Assembly (NCBI GenBank): GCA_963770895.1
Contig: CAVYRF010000001.1
Location: forward strand, 704,481 to 768,480
Reading direction: 5' to 3'
From: an uncultured Acidobacteriota bacterium
GTDB taxonomy: Bacteria; Acidobacteriota; Thermoanaerobaculia; Multivoradales; UBA5704
Length of the DNA stretch: 64,000 bases
The translations under genes and the position numbers were made by a program. This document shows, in pieces, positions 43,722-51,786 of this stretch. The notes beneath the pieces are model-generated. The model saw nothing but the letters and a program-made list of their open reading frames with translations. It searched no databases and was not told the origin of the DNA. The stretch's first letter is position 1; every line of letters begins with the position of its first letter.

Positions 43722-45148
43722 GCGAGCCTGGCGCCGTCAGCGAGCCGGGCACCGTCGGCGAGCAGGGTGCCGTCAGCGAGCCGGGCGCCGCCAGCGAGCC
43801 GGGCACCGTCAGCGAGCAGGGCGCCGTCAGCGGGCCGGGCGCGGTCAGAGCGCGGGGCGCCGTCAGTGGGCCGCGCGGCATGAGCGGTCAAGGCGCCATG
43901 AGCGAGCGCCCGGTGGTGGTGGTGGTGGGCGACGCCGTGGCGCCCACCGGCTTCGCGCGCGTGCTGCACAGCATTCTGGGGCGGCTCGCCGACCGTTACG
44001 AGTTCCATCACCTGGGGGTCAACTACGGCGGCCAGCCGCACGAGCACGCCTGGCAGATCTATCCCGCGGACGGCGGCGGCGACCTGCACGGCGTGCGGCG
44101 CGTGCGCGACCTGGTGGAAAAGGTGCGGCCCCGCCTCGTCTTCCTGCTCAACGACCCCTGGCTGATGGGCGGCTACCTCGACGCCTTGGGCGATTGCCGC
44201 GCCGGCATCAAGGTGATCGCCTACGCGCCGGTCGACGCCGGCCCGCTGGAGGCGGAGCTGGTGGCGCCGCTCACCGGCCTGGATCACCTGGTGCTCTATA
44301 CCCGCTACGGCCTGCAGGAAATGGAGGCGTCGGCGGCGCAGCTGCGCCGCCTGCGCCCCGACGCGGCCGCCTTCCCGGCGCTGTCGGTCGTGCCGCACGG
44401 CGTCGATTCGGACCTCTTCCGCCCGCTCGCCGGCCCGCCCACGGCGGCGGCGCCCGGCGACTTTGCCGCCTCCCGCGCCGCGGCGCGCCGCCAGCTGTTC
44501 GTCGACCCGGCGCTGCACGACGCCTGGATCGTCTTGAACGCCAACCGCAACCAGCCGCGCAAGCGCATCGACGCGACGATCAAGGGCTTCGCGCTCTTTG
44601 CGCGCGACAAGCCGCCCAACGTCCGCCTCTACCTGCACATGGGGATGGTCGATTGCGGCTGGAACGTGGTCGCCCTGGCGCGCCGTCACGGCATCGAAGA
44701 CCGGCTCATCCTGACCGCCGAGGAGCACTTCCTGCCGGCGGTCGCCGACGATCTGCTCAACCAGATCTACAACGCCTGCGACGTGGGCATCAACACCTCC
44801 CTGGGCGAGGGCTGGGGCCTGGTCAACCTGGAGCACGCCGCCACCGGCGCCGCCCAGGTGGTGCCCCGCCACAGCGCCTGCGCCGAGATCTGGGACGGCG
44901 CCGCCGAGCTCGTCGAGCCCGTCGCCAGCCTCACCATGGAAGGCCTGCTGACCGAAGGCCGCCTGGTCGGCCCCGAAGGGGTCGCCCGCGCCCTCGATCG
45001 CCTGTACACCGATCCCTCCCACCTGCGCCGGCTGTCCGCCGCCGCCTACCAGGTCGCCACCCGCCCCGAATACCGCTGGGACGACGTCGCCCGCCGCTGG
45101 GACGATCTCTTCCAGCAGATGCTGGCGGCCACCCCCACTGCCGTCTGA
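43718..45148 (+). CDS. GT1/GT4-family glycosyltransferase with repeat-encoded N-terminal extension
   Basis: ATG 43718 overlaps the upstream stop (ATGA); alternative in-frame ATGs are at 43880 and 43898. The catalytic part starts at ERPVVVVVGDAV, and the GT1 core includes NTSLGEGWGLVNLEHAATGAAQVV. Confidence 0.85.
   Translation: MSEPGAVSEPGTVGEQGAVSEPGAASEPGTVSEQGAVSGPGAVRARGAVSGPRGMSGQGAMSERPVVVVVGDAVAPTGFARVLHSILGRLADRYEFHHLGVNYGGQPHEHAWQIYPADGGGDLHGVRRVRDLVEKVRPRLVFLLNDPWLMGGYLDALGDCRAGIKVIAYAPVDAGPLEAELVAPLTGLDHLVLYTRYGLQEMEASAAQLRRLRPDAAAFPALSVVPHGVDSDLFRPLAGPPTAAAPGDFAASRAAARRQLFVDPALHDAWIVLNANRNQPRKRIDATIKGFALFARDKPPNVRLYLHMGMVDCGWNVVALARRHGIEDRLILTAEEHFLPAVADDLLNQIYNACDVGINTSLGEGWGLVNLEHAATGAAQVVPRHSACAEIWDGAAELVEPVASLTMEGLLTEGRLVGPEGVARALDRLYTDPSHLRRLSAAAYQVATRPEYRWDDVARRWDDLFQQMLAATPTAV
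43721..43900 (+). repeat. 18-bp in-frame tandem repeat x about 10 at the 5' end of the GT1 gene
   Basis: Units AGCGAGCCGGGCGCCGTC (SEPGAV and variants) run from 43721. The context GCGCCATGAGCGAGC occurs at both ends, at 43714-43728 and 43894-43908. Confidence 0.85.
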
Positions 45149-45283
45149 GAAAATCGCCGTTGATCTGACCCGCTACCACCGCCCCAGACCACTAGACGTG
45201 CGATCGGGGGGCGTGGTATCTTCTAAAACAAGCAGACCAATGTCGTCCTTCGATCCTGTTTGGATGGGGGAGAGGAGGTAAGC

Positions 45284-45589
45284 GTGGCGATTACGGTTGT
45301 CAATCAGTCGGTCGGTGCTCTGTCCTATACCGTGTTCGGCGGCTCGACTTCGGGTTCGGGCACGGGCGGGTCGGGCAGCAAGGGTTCGGGAACCACGGGC
45401 TCCGGTACCCACGGCTCGGGCGGCGGCTCGGGTGTCGTGGCTTCGGGCGTCGTCGGTCCGGGTGGCACCGCGTCCGGGATCCAGGTGGGTGCAGGCTCCT
45501 ATACCGTGGTCTTCGGGTGGAAAACCTTCCCCAGCTACACGGTTTCGGCCTCGGGTGTGGTCAAGGTGACGACGACCGTCCAGCCGTAG
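45284..45589 (+). CDS. 101-aa Gly/Ser/Thr-rich small protein (candidate modification substrate or scaffold)
   Basis: GTG 45284 lies 5 nt after GGAGG (45274-45278); an alternative TTG is at 45260. The sequence is VAITVVNQSVGALSYTVFGGSTSGSGTGGSGSKGSGTTGSGTHGSGGGSGVVASGVVGPGGTASGIQVGAGSYTVVFGWKTFPSYTVSASGVVKVTTTVQP. Codon third positions are less GC-biased than in the neighbours, and an AT-richer gap precedes it. Confidence 0.6.
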   Translation: MAITVVNQSVGALSYTVFGGSTSGSGTGGSGSKGSGTTGSGTHGSGGGSGVVASGVVGPGGTASGIQVGAGSYTVVFGWKTFPSYTVSASGVVKVTTTVQP

Positions 45590-45621
45590 CGCGTTCCGAA
45601 CGGTTGCCAGCGCGGCGCGGC

Positions 45622-46656
45622 GTGTCCAGACCTTCGCTGTTCGTCGTCTCGCTGCCGCGCTCTCTTTCGACGCTGCTCTACCACGCGATCCGCCAATCGC
45701 TGGCGTTGCGTGAGCCGCAGTGGACGACGGACGGGGAGATCCTCAACGTCCGTCGCTTTGCCTTTCTGGCGGAGGAGGGCGCGGTCGAGGGGGTGCGCTA
45801 CGTCCAGCGCGATCACGACGGGCCGCGCTTCGCGAAGCTCCTGGCCTTCCTCGACCAGGTGACCCAGGCTCAAGGCTTTGCCTACAAAGACGTCATCCAG
45901 CCCTTCGTCGTCGGCGAATGGCTGGCGCGCCAGAGCGCTCCGCCGGTGGGCGTGAACCGGCCCGCTGCAGCGGCCTCCTCCTCAGCCGCTGCCGAAGGCG
46001 CCACCGCCGCTGCGGCCGCCGCCGAGCGGCGCCGCTCGGCGTCATCGCCGAACAGCCCCGCACGCCCCACACCAGCGGCGCCAGCCCCCGCGGCCGTCTC
46101 TGCCTCCAGCGCTGCGGCACCCGCCCCGCGCGTCCTGGTCATCGACCGGCCGGTGCCTGACGTGGCCGCCTCGTTGCTCGATCGCGGCTGGCTGTATCCA
46201 GCGCTGGCCGCCGACGGCGCGGCGGCGCTTCCAGAGGCCGCGCGCGCGGTGGTCGCCGGTGCCCACACCGCCGACCTGTCGGCATTCCTCCCGCCCGACC
46301 AGGTGGAACGGGCGCTGGTGTCCGGCTTGCTGCGCGCCCGCCGGACCCTGGCCCGCCTGGCGGACCCGCCCCCGGCATGCGCCAGCCGGTGGGTGGTCTA
46401 CGACCAGCTGATCCACGACGAAGCGCCCTTGCATCAGGCCTTGCAGGCGCTCTACGGCGAAGACGTCCCGCCGCCCGCCTATCTGGACGACGAGTTCTGT
46501 CGCCAGCGCGATCAGGTGCTGCGCCGCCGCGCCAGCCCGCTCTACCAGCGCCTGCAGGCGCTCAGCGACGAGCTGGCGACCACGATGCTGGCCGCGCCGC
46601 CGGCCGCCGCCATCGGCGCCGGCGTCGCCGCGGCGCCACGGCGCCGCACGCAGTAG
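45622..46656 (+). CDS. sulfotransferase-like protein (tentative)
   Basis: GTG 45622 (or TTG 45604). The N-terminal FVVSLPRSLSTLLYH resembles the PAPS 5'-phosphosulfate-binding loop (LPRSGSTLL) of bacterial sulfotransferases, but with Gly replaced by Leu. An Ala/Ser/Pro low-complexity insertion lies at about 45960-46130. Confidence 0.45.
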   Translation: MSRPSLFVVSLPRSLSTLLYHAIRQSLALREPQWTTDGEILNVRRFAFLAEEGAVEGVRYVQRDHDGPRFAKLLAFLDQVTQAQGFAYKDVIQPFVVGEWLARQSAPPVGVNRPAAAASSSAAAEGATAAAAAAERRRSASSPNSPARPTPAAPAPAAVSASSAAAPAPRVLVIDRPVPDVAASLLDRGWLYPALAADGAAALPEAARAVVAGAHTADLSAFLPPDQVERALVSGLLRARRTLARLADPPPACASRWVVYDQLIHDEAPLHQALQALYGEDVPPPAYLDDEFCRQRDQVLRRRASPLYQRLQALSDELATTMLAAPPAAAIGAGVAAAPRRRTQ

Positions 46657-46680
46657 CCACCTGCAACACGCTCCGCTCAC

Positions 46681-46861
46681 CGCTCGCCTTCACGGCTCGC
46701 GGTTCGCCACCTGCCTCTTGCGGTTCGCCGCTCGCCCTTCACGGCCCGCGGTTCGCCACCCGCCTCTTGCGGTTCGCCGCTCGCCTTCACGGCTCGCGGT
46801 TCGCCACCCGCCGGTTGCGGTTCGCCGTTGCCGCGGCTCGCGGTTCGCCACCCGCCGGCGG
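46681..46861. repeat. 48/49-bp tandem repeat x about 3.7 in the convergent intergenic spacer
   Basis: Units run 46681-46728, 46729-46777 and 46778-46825, with a partial fourth unit to 46861. The word GCGGTTCGCC occurs 7 times. It lies between the stops at 46656 (+) and 46896 (-). Confidence 0.85.
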
Positions 46862-46895
46862 CCTTCGACTGGCGGCCTGAGAGGGCGCCGGCGGA

Positions 46896-48320
46896 TCAGG
46901 ACAGGCGTTGTGCCGGGCGCAGGAAGTTGGCGACCTGCTTTTCGATCGGGGCGGCGTAAAAGTCGCGGTCGCAGCGCCAGCGGGCCAGCGCGCGCAGCGG
47001 CCGGCTCCAGGGTCGGCCGGAATCCCAGGCCAGCTGCTGGAAGAATTTGAAGCGCTCGATCAGCCGGTACTTTTCGGGCGACACCCACGGACCGATCGAG
47101 CCCACGAAGTCAAATTCGCTCCATTCGTCCAGCGTGCAGGGGAGGGTGAAGCCGGCGGCCACCGCGTTCTGGGTGATCGAGGTGCCGGGATAGGGTTTGA
47201 AATAGAAAATCGGCGTCTGGAAGTCGGGGCTCATGGCGCGCAGCCGCTTGACCACCTGCAGGGTGGCGCGCACGTTGTCCTCGGTCTCTTCCGGGAAGCC
47301 GACGATGAAGGGGAAGTTGACCGCCACGCCGAACTTGCGACAGCGCTCGGCGACAAAAAAGACCTGCTCCAGCTTGATGTCTTTTTTGATGCGATCCATC
47401 ATTTCCTGCGAGCCCGATTCGACGCCGACCAGCAGGCGGCGCAGCCCCGAGCGCTTGCACTTGGCGAAGACCTCTTCGCTCATGCGCTGGCCCTGGTCGG
47501 CGCGCATGGTGGCGGCCCAGGTGATGGGGAGCTTGCGGCGGATGAGCTCTTCGGCGACCGCTTCGACGCGCTGGGCGTAGGTGAAAAAGGTTTCGTCCTG
47601 GAAGTTCACGTCGTCGTAGCGCGAGCGGTGCCACAGCGCTTCGAGCTCTTCGCCCATGCGCTCGGGCGACAGGCCGGTCCACTTGCGCTGGTAGACGAAC
47701 GGATCGGCGCAAAAGGCGCAGCGGAAAGCGCACCCCTGCGACGAGATGTAATCCAGCTGGCGCTTGCCCTTGAGGCGATAGTACGGTTCGATGTCGATCA
47801 GGCCGTAGTTGTGGACCGCCAGGGTGTTGACGTCGGCCAGCGGGCGGGCCGTGTTCACCTGCGCGGCGCCGTCCTCGCGGTAGGTGCAACCCTGGCAGCC
47901 GGTCAGTGGCCGCCCTTCAGCCAGGCGCTCGACGATCTCGGCAAAGGTGATTTCCCCCTGGCCTTGCACGGTCACGTCGACGCTCGGTTCCGCCAGGCAT
48001 TCGCGGCCGAACATCGACGGGTGCCAGCCGCCCCAGACGACCGGCAGGTCGGCGCGGCTGGCCTTGGCGGCGCGGCTGGCCGCAACCGCGTCGGCGATCG
48101 GCGCCCCGGTGAGCACCGTGACGCCCAGGCAGAGCGCGCCTTCCAGCTCCGCCACCAGGGCGCGGTGTGCCGCTTCGGGGTTTTTGGCCAACCGGGCGTC
48201 CACGACCACCACCTGGTAGCGCTCGGGATCGAGGTGCGATCCGATGGTGAGCAGCGCCAGCGGCATGGTGTAAAAGACCGCGGTCGGGTTGTACAGCACG
48301 ATTTTGTGGCGGCGACTCAT
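46896..48320 (-). CDS. class B radical SAM enzyme, copy 2 (paralogue of 39224..40816)
   Basis: 474 aa from ATG 48320, overlapping the upstream stop (ATGA). Signature lines are IVLYNP...PLALLTIGS and GCAFRCAFC. Confidence 0.9.
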   Translation of the reverse strand: MSRRHKIVLYNPTAVFYTMPLALLTIGSHLDPERYQVVVVDARLAKNPEAAHRALVAELEGALCLGVTVLTGAPIADAVAASRAAKASRADLPVVWGGWHPSMFGRECLAEPSVDVTVQGQGEITFAEIVERLAEGRPLTGCQGCTYREDGAAQVNTARPLADVNTLAVHNYGLIDIEPYYRLKGKRQLDYISSQGCAFRCAFCADPFVYQRKWTGLSPERMGEELEALWHRSRYDDVNFQDETFFTYAQRVEAVAEELIRRKLPITWAATMRADQGQRMSEEVFAKCKRSGLRRLLVGVESGSQEMMDRIKKDIKLEQVFFVAERCRKFGVAVNFPFIVGFPEETEDNVRATLQVVKRLRAMSPDFQTPIFYFKPYPGTSITQNAVAAGFTLPCTLDEWSEFDFVGSIGPWVSPEKYRLIERFKFFQQLAWDSGRPWSRPLRALARWRCDRDFYAAPIEKQVANFLRPAQRLS

Positions 48321-49399
48321 AAGGGCTCCGGGGTCAATGCCAGCGTGCAGACGCATTTGCGACAGATCGCATCGCGGTCGGTGTCCAGGCCGCGGCGCCA
48401 GGCGAGCGCCTGCGGCGAATTGACGATCGCGTCCAGGCTTGCCGCCTGCCGCAGGTTGCCGAGCGGCGGCTGGAAGAAGCACGGCCGCACCGTGCCGTCG
48501 GCTTCGATCACCGTCGACACCCACGGCGCGTTGCAGCGATGCGGCGGAAAATCGCCGTGGCCGCACAGTGCGGCGTAGTAGTCGTAGAGCCGCGCCCGCA
48601 GCTTCGCCGCGCCCTCGACGATGAAGCCGGATGCGAAGTCGGCCGCGTGCTCGCGTTCCAGGGCGTCCAGCTCGCCGGCCAGCCGCGGCAGCTCCTCTTC
48701 GAGCAGCGCCACCTGGCCGGCGCGCGCCGCTTCCCAGGGCTGCGGCCGGTTGAAGGCGTCGCTGCTGACGTCGGCGGCCAGCAGGCTCAACCAGTTCAGG
48801 CCGATCGCGCGGGCCGCCGTGACGGTGCCGCGCAGGTGGGCGAAGTTGGCCCGCTGGACGGTGCAGCGCCCGCCGATCGTCAGCTGAGGCGCGGCTTGGC
48901 GCACCGCCGCCACCCCGTCGGCCAGCTTGGCGAAAGCGCGCGGCAGGTTGCGGATGTGATCGTGCACGGGCTGCGGCCCGTCCAGGCTGACGATCACTTC
49001 GGAGCAGTAGGCGGCGACCTGGGTCGCGTCGCGCCGCAGCAGCAGACCGGTGGACAGCAGGGTGATCGCGATGCCGGCGCGCCGCAGGTGCTCGCACATC
49101 TCCCACAGGTTGCGGTGCAGCAGCGCTTCGCCGCCCGACAGCGCGACCTGGCGCACCCCCATGCGCTGCCATTCGGCAACCCACTGTGCCACCTCGGCCG
49201 CGCCCAGCTCCTGCTTGCCCGGATCGCGCCAGATGTCGCACATCAGGCAGCGGCAGTTGCAGCGGCTGTGCGGGAACAGGATGACGATCGGCAGCCGCTC
49301 GACCGGTTGGGGCCGCGGCAACCCGTCGGCCGCCCCGCCGCTCCACGCGTTGGCCGGCAGCTCGGCGGCCGGCAGCACCGGAAGCACGGTCGAGCTCAC
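48317..49399 (-). CDS. radical SAM enzyme with Cys-rich SPASM/twitch-like C-terminal domain
   Basis: 360 aa from GTG 49399, overlapping the upstream stop (GTGA). It has RCNCRCLMCDIW (CxxxCxxC). The C-terminus has CNAPW...CFF...ICRKCVC. Confidence 0.85.
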   Translation of the reverse strand: MSSTVLPVLPAAELPANAWSGGAADGLPRPQPVERLPIVILFPHSRCNCRCLMCDIWRDPGKQELGAAEVAQWVAEWQRMGVRQVALSGGEALLHRNLWEMCEHLRRAGIAITLLSTGLLLRRDATQVAAYCSEVIVSLDGPQPVHDHIRNLPRAFAKLADGVAAVRQAAPQLTIGGRCTVQRANFAHLRGTVTAARAIGLNWLSLLAADVSSDAFNRPQPWEAARAGQVALLEEELPRLAGELDALEREHAADFASGFIVEGAAKLRARLYDYYAALCGHGDFPPHRCNAPWVSTVIEADGTVRPCFFQPPLGNLRQAASLDAIVNSPQALAWRRGLDTDRDAICRKCVCTLALTPEPL

Positions 49400-50385
49400 C
49401 GCCGCTCCAACTCCAGCAGGTAATGGTCGGCCAGCCAGGGCAGCGGCGGCCAGGTTTCGGCACGCCGCTCCCAGCGCCCGAGCAGACGCAGCAGGCGCGG
49501 GTGGCGCGCCGCCCAGCCTTCGGCGTAGGTGGGCGGCAGCAGCGCGCCGACCGCCGCGCGCCGGCGCAGGCGGAAGGCGGGACCGAACAGGCGCCGCAGC
49601 GCGCCGACCGACGGATAGCGGATGGTCAGGCCGCGCCAGCGCGTGCCGCCCGGCCGCAGCCGGCGAAAGGCGCGCCCCGGCTGCGCGTGGCCCAGGTACC
49701 AGGCCCACTCCCACGGCACCAGCGGGCCCATCACGCAAACGACCGCCATGGCGCCCGGCCGCAGGTTTGCCGCCAGCCAGCCCGCCAGCTGCCGCAGGTC
49801 GGCTGGCGCCACGCAGTTGAGGCCGCCGAAGTTGGACAGCACCCCGTCGAACGGCCGCGGCGCCGCCGGTGTGGCGCCGGCAGCAGGTGCGGCAGCGGGT
49901 ACAGGCGCGGTGGCGAGTACAGACGCGACCGCGGGCATAGGCGCAGCGGCGGGTACAGACGCGGGCGCGGGTGCCGGGTCCGCCGGCGGTGATTGCTGGG
50001 GGTGCCAGGGTTGCCGGGGCTGCCGGGTCAGCTGTTCGATGGTCTGGTGGCGCAGATCGACCCGATCGCCCAGGCCGGCGCTCGCGATCTTGTCGCCGGC
50101 GCGTTCCAGCATGCCGGCGGCGGCGTCGATGGCGGTGACGCGCACGCCGCGGCGAGCCAGGTACAGGGCGTCTTCGCCGGTGCCGCAGTTGAGCTCCAGC
50201 ACGTGGCTGCCGGGGGCGAAGCAGGCGTCCAGCCGCCGCCAGACCGCCTGGCGCATCTGCGTGCCGATGGCGCTGCCGGTGAAGCTGGCGTCGTAGGACG
50301 CGGCCATGCGGTCGAACGCGGTGGCACCCGTGGCGTCGCCATCGCGGCGCGCCGGCAGCACGGGGAGGACGGCCGGTTCGGTCAT
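49396..50385 (-). CDS. class I SAM-dependent methyltransferase (paralogue of 16980..17810)
   Basis: 329 aa from ATG 50385. Motif I is VLELNCGTGEDALYLA. There is a Pro/Ala-rich insertion at about 49850-50000, and the gene ends LELERR. Confidence 0.8.
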   Translation of the reverse strand: MTEPAVLPVLPARRDGDATGATAFDRMAASYDASFTGSAIGTQMRQAVWRRLDACFAPGSHVLELNCGTGEDALYLARRGVRVTAIDAAAGMLERAGDKIASAGLGDRVDLRHQTIEQLTRQPRQPWHPQQSPPADPAPAPASVPAAAPMPAVASVLATAPVPAAAPAAGATPAAPRPFDGVLSNFGGLNCVAPADLRQLAGWLAANLRPGAMAVVCVMGPLVPWEWAWYLGHAQPGRAFRRLRPGGTRWRGLTIRYPSVGALRRLFGPAFRLRRRAAVGALLPPTYAEGWAARHPRLLRLLGRWERRAETWPPLPWLADHYLLELERR

Positions 50386-50387
50386 CG

Positions 50388-51785
50388 TCACGGCGCCGCC
50401 GGCGACTCCTCGGGCCAGGAGAGCAGCGCCTGGTGCGCCGCTTCCGCCATCTGCAGCTTTTCGGCGGCGTCCGCCGGGTTGTCGGACTGCAGGCGGGCGG
50501 CGGCGACGCTGTTGCGCAGCCACCGGTCGGCCTGTTCGTAGTAGGCGCGCGAGCGCTGGCCGCGCAGCCGGTAGTCGCGGTCGGTGGCGGTATCCCAGCT
50601 CTTGTCGAGCTGCACGCGGTCGGCCACCTGGCGGAAGTAGGCGGTGTTCTTGATCGGGTAGGCGACGGTGGTGAAGAAGATGTTGGGGTTGGCCTTTTTG
50701 ACGTGCTCGACGGTGGCTTCGATGTCGGCCAGCGTTTCGCCCTGGTAGCCCCACATCAGGAACATGCCGACTTCGATGCCGTGGCGCTGGGCGGCGTGGG
50801 TCGCCCACTGCACCTGCTCGGCGGTGACGCCCCGATCCATGGCGTCCAGGATGCGCTGGCTGCCGCTTTCAGAGCCGATCCAGATGCGGTAGCAGCCCAT
50901 TTCGGCGAGCGTCGCGATCACTTCGTCCTTGAGCAGCCGATCGGCGCGCGAAATGGTTTCGAAAGGGCGCACCAAGCCGCGCTTCTTGAGCAGGCCGGCG
51001 AACTCGAAGAGCCAGCGGTGGTGGATGGTGAACACGTCGTCGGCGTACCACAGCTGTTCGGGCTGGTAGGCTTCGACGATGTGCGCCACTTCGTCGGCGC
51101 AGTCGAGCGCGCTGCGCCGGCGATGGGTGTAGCCGAACACGGCGTGCGAGCACCATTTGCAGCGATACGGGCAGCCGCGCGCGGTGATCAGGTTGACGCT
51201 GCCCATGCCGTGGTGGGTGTGCCAAACGTCGACGTAGCGGGCGATGTCGATCTGCTCGCGATCGGGCCAGGGGAGGCTGTCCAGGTCGGCGATCTGTTCG
51301 CGGTCCGGATTGGTGACGACCTCCCCTTCTTCGTCGCGGAAGACCGTGCCGTGCAGGCCGTGCAGACGGTGCGGACCGCGCAGGGCGAGCGCCGGCAGCA
51401 GTTCCGCGAGCGTCGCTTCGCCTTCGCCCACCACCACGACGTCGGCGCCGTGGGCCAGGTATTCGGCCGGGTAGTTGGCCGATTCGGGGCCGCCGAGCAC
51501 CACCGTCCAGCCGTGCTGCCGCGCGGCGGCGATGATGGCGAGGATCGACGCGCGGGTCATCAGGTTGGTGTAGATCCCCACCACGCCGCCGGGAGTGGCG
51601 GCAAGGCGCTGGCGCAGCGCGGCGCGCTCGGCGAACGTGGAATCGAAGATCTCGACGCTGAAACCGGCGCGACGCAGATACGAAGAGATGTAGAGCAGCC
51701 CCAGCGTCGGGTAGGGCTTCATGATCTGCAGCTCTTTGGGATCTTCGTGCAGGAAGTAGCCGTGGGTCAGCAGGATGTCGGCCAT
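50388..51785 (-). CDS. class B radical SAM enzyme, copy 3
   Basis: 465-aa ORF. Signature lines are MADILLTHGYFLHEDPKELQIMKPYPTLGLLYISSYL and GCPYRCKWC. It is a paralogue of the upstream gene. Confidence 0.9.
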   Translation of the reverse strand: MADILLTHGYFLHEDPKELQIMKPYPTLGLLYISSYLRRAGFSVEIFDSTFAERAALRQRLAATPGGVVGIYTNLMTRASILAIIAAARQHGWTVVLGGPESANYPAEYLAHGADVVVVGEGEATLAELLPALALRGPHRLHGLHGTVFRDEEGEVVTNPDREQIADLDSLPWPDREQIDIARYVDVWHTHHGMGSVNLITARGCPYRCKWCSHAVFGYTHRRRSALDCADEVAHIVEAYQPEQLWYADDVFTIHHRWLFEFAGLLKKRGLVRPFETISRADRLLKDEVIATLAEMGCYRIWIGSESGSQRILDAMDRGVTAEQVQWATHAAQRHGIEVGMFLMWGYQGETLADIEATVEHVKKANPNIFFTTVAYPIKNTAYFRQVADRVQLDKSWDTATDRDYRLRGQRSRAYYEQADRWLRNSVAAARLQSDNPADAAEKLQMAEAAHQALLSWPEESPAAP

Positions 51786-51786
51786 A

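Noticed and set aside
45240-45281. 13-codon ORF (MSSFDPVWMGERR) just upstream of the small protein gene
   Set aside because: It has no RBS, is very short and overlaps the downstream Shine-Dalgarno sequence, so it is most likely chance.
45173-45412. 79-aa minus-strand ORF opposite the small GST-rich protein
   Set aside because: It has no RBS. It overlaps the RBS-supported plus-strand gene that sits in operon context, and its composition is artefact-like at its 5' half.
38469-46656. Canonical lasso-peptide cluster
   Set aside because: Kinase, nucleotidyltransferase and sulfotransferase-type accessory genes are present. However, no asparagine-synthetase-like cyclase, transglutaminase-like protease, PqqD/RRE or short precursor with a Gly1...Asp/Glu8-9 core could be found by eye in the window.
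46681-46861. Possible CRISPR array
   Set aside because: The units are directly abutting tandem repeats with no unique spacers. There are no cas genes, and the repeat has no palindromic core.
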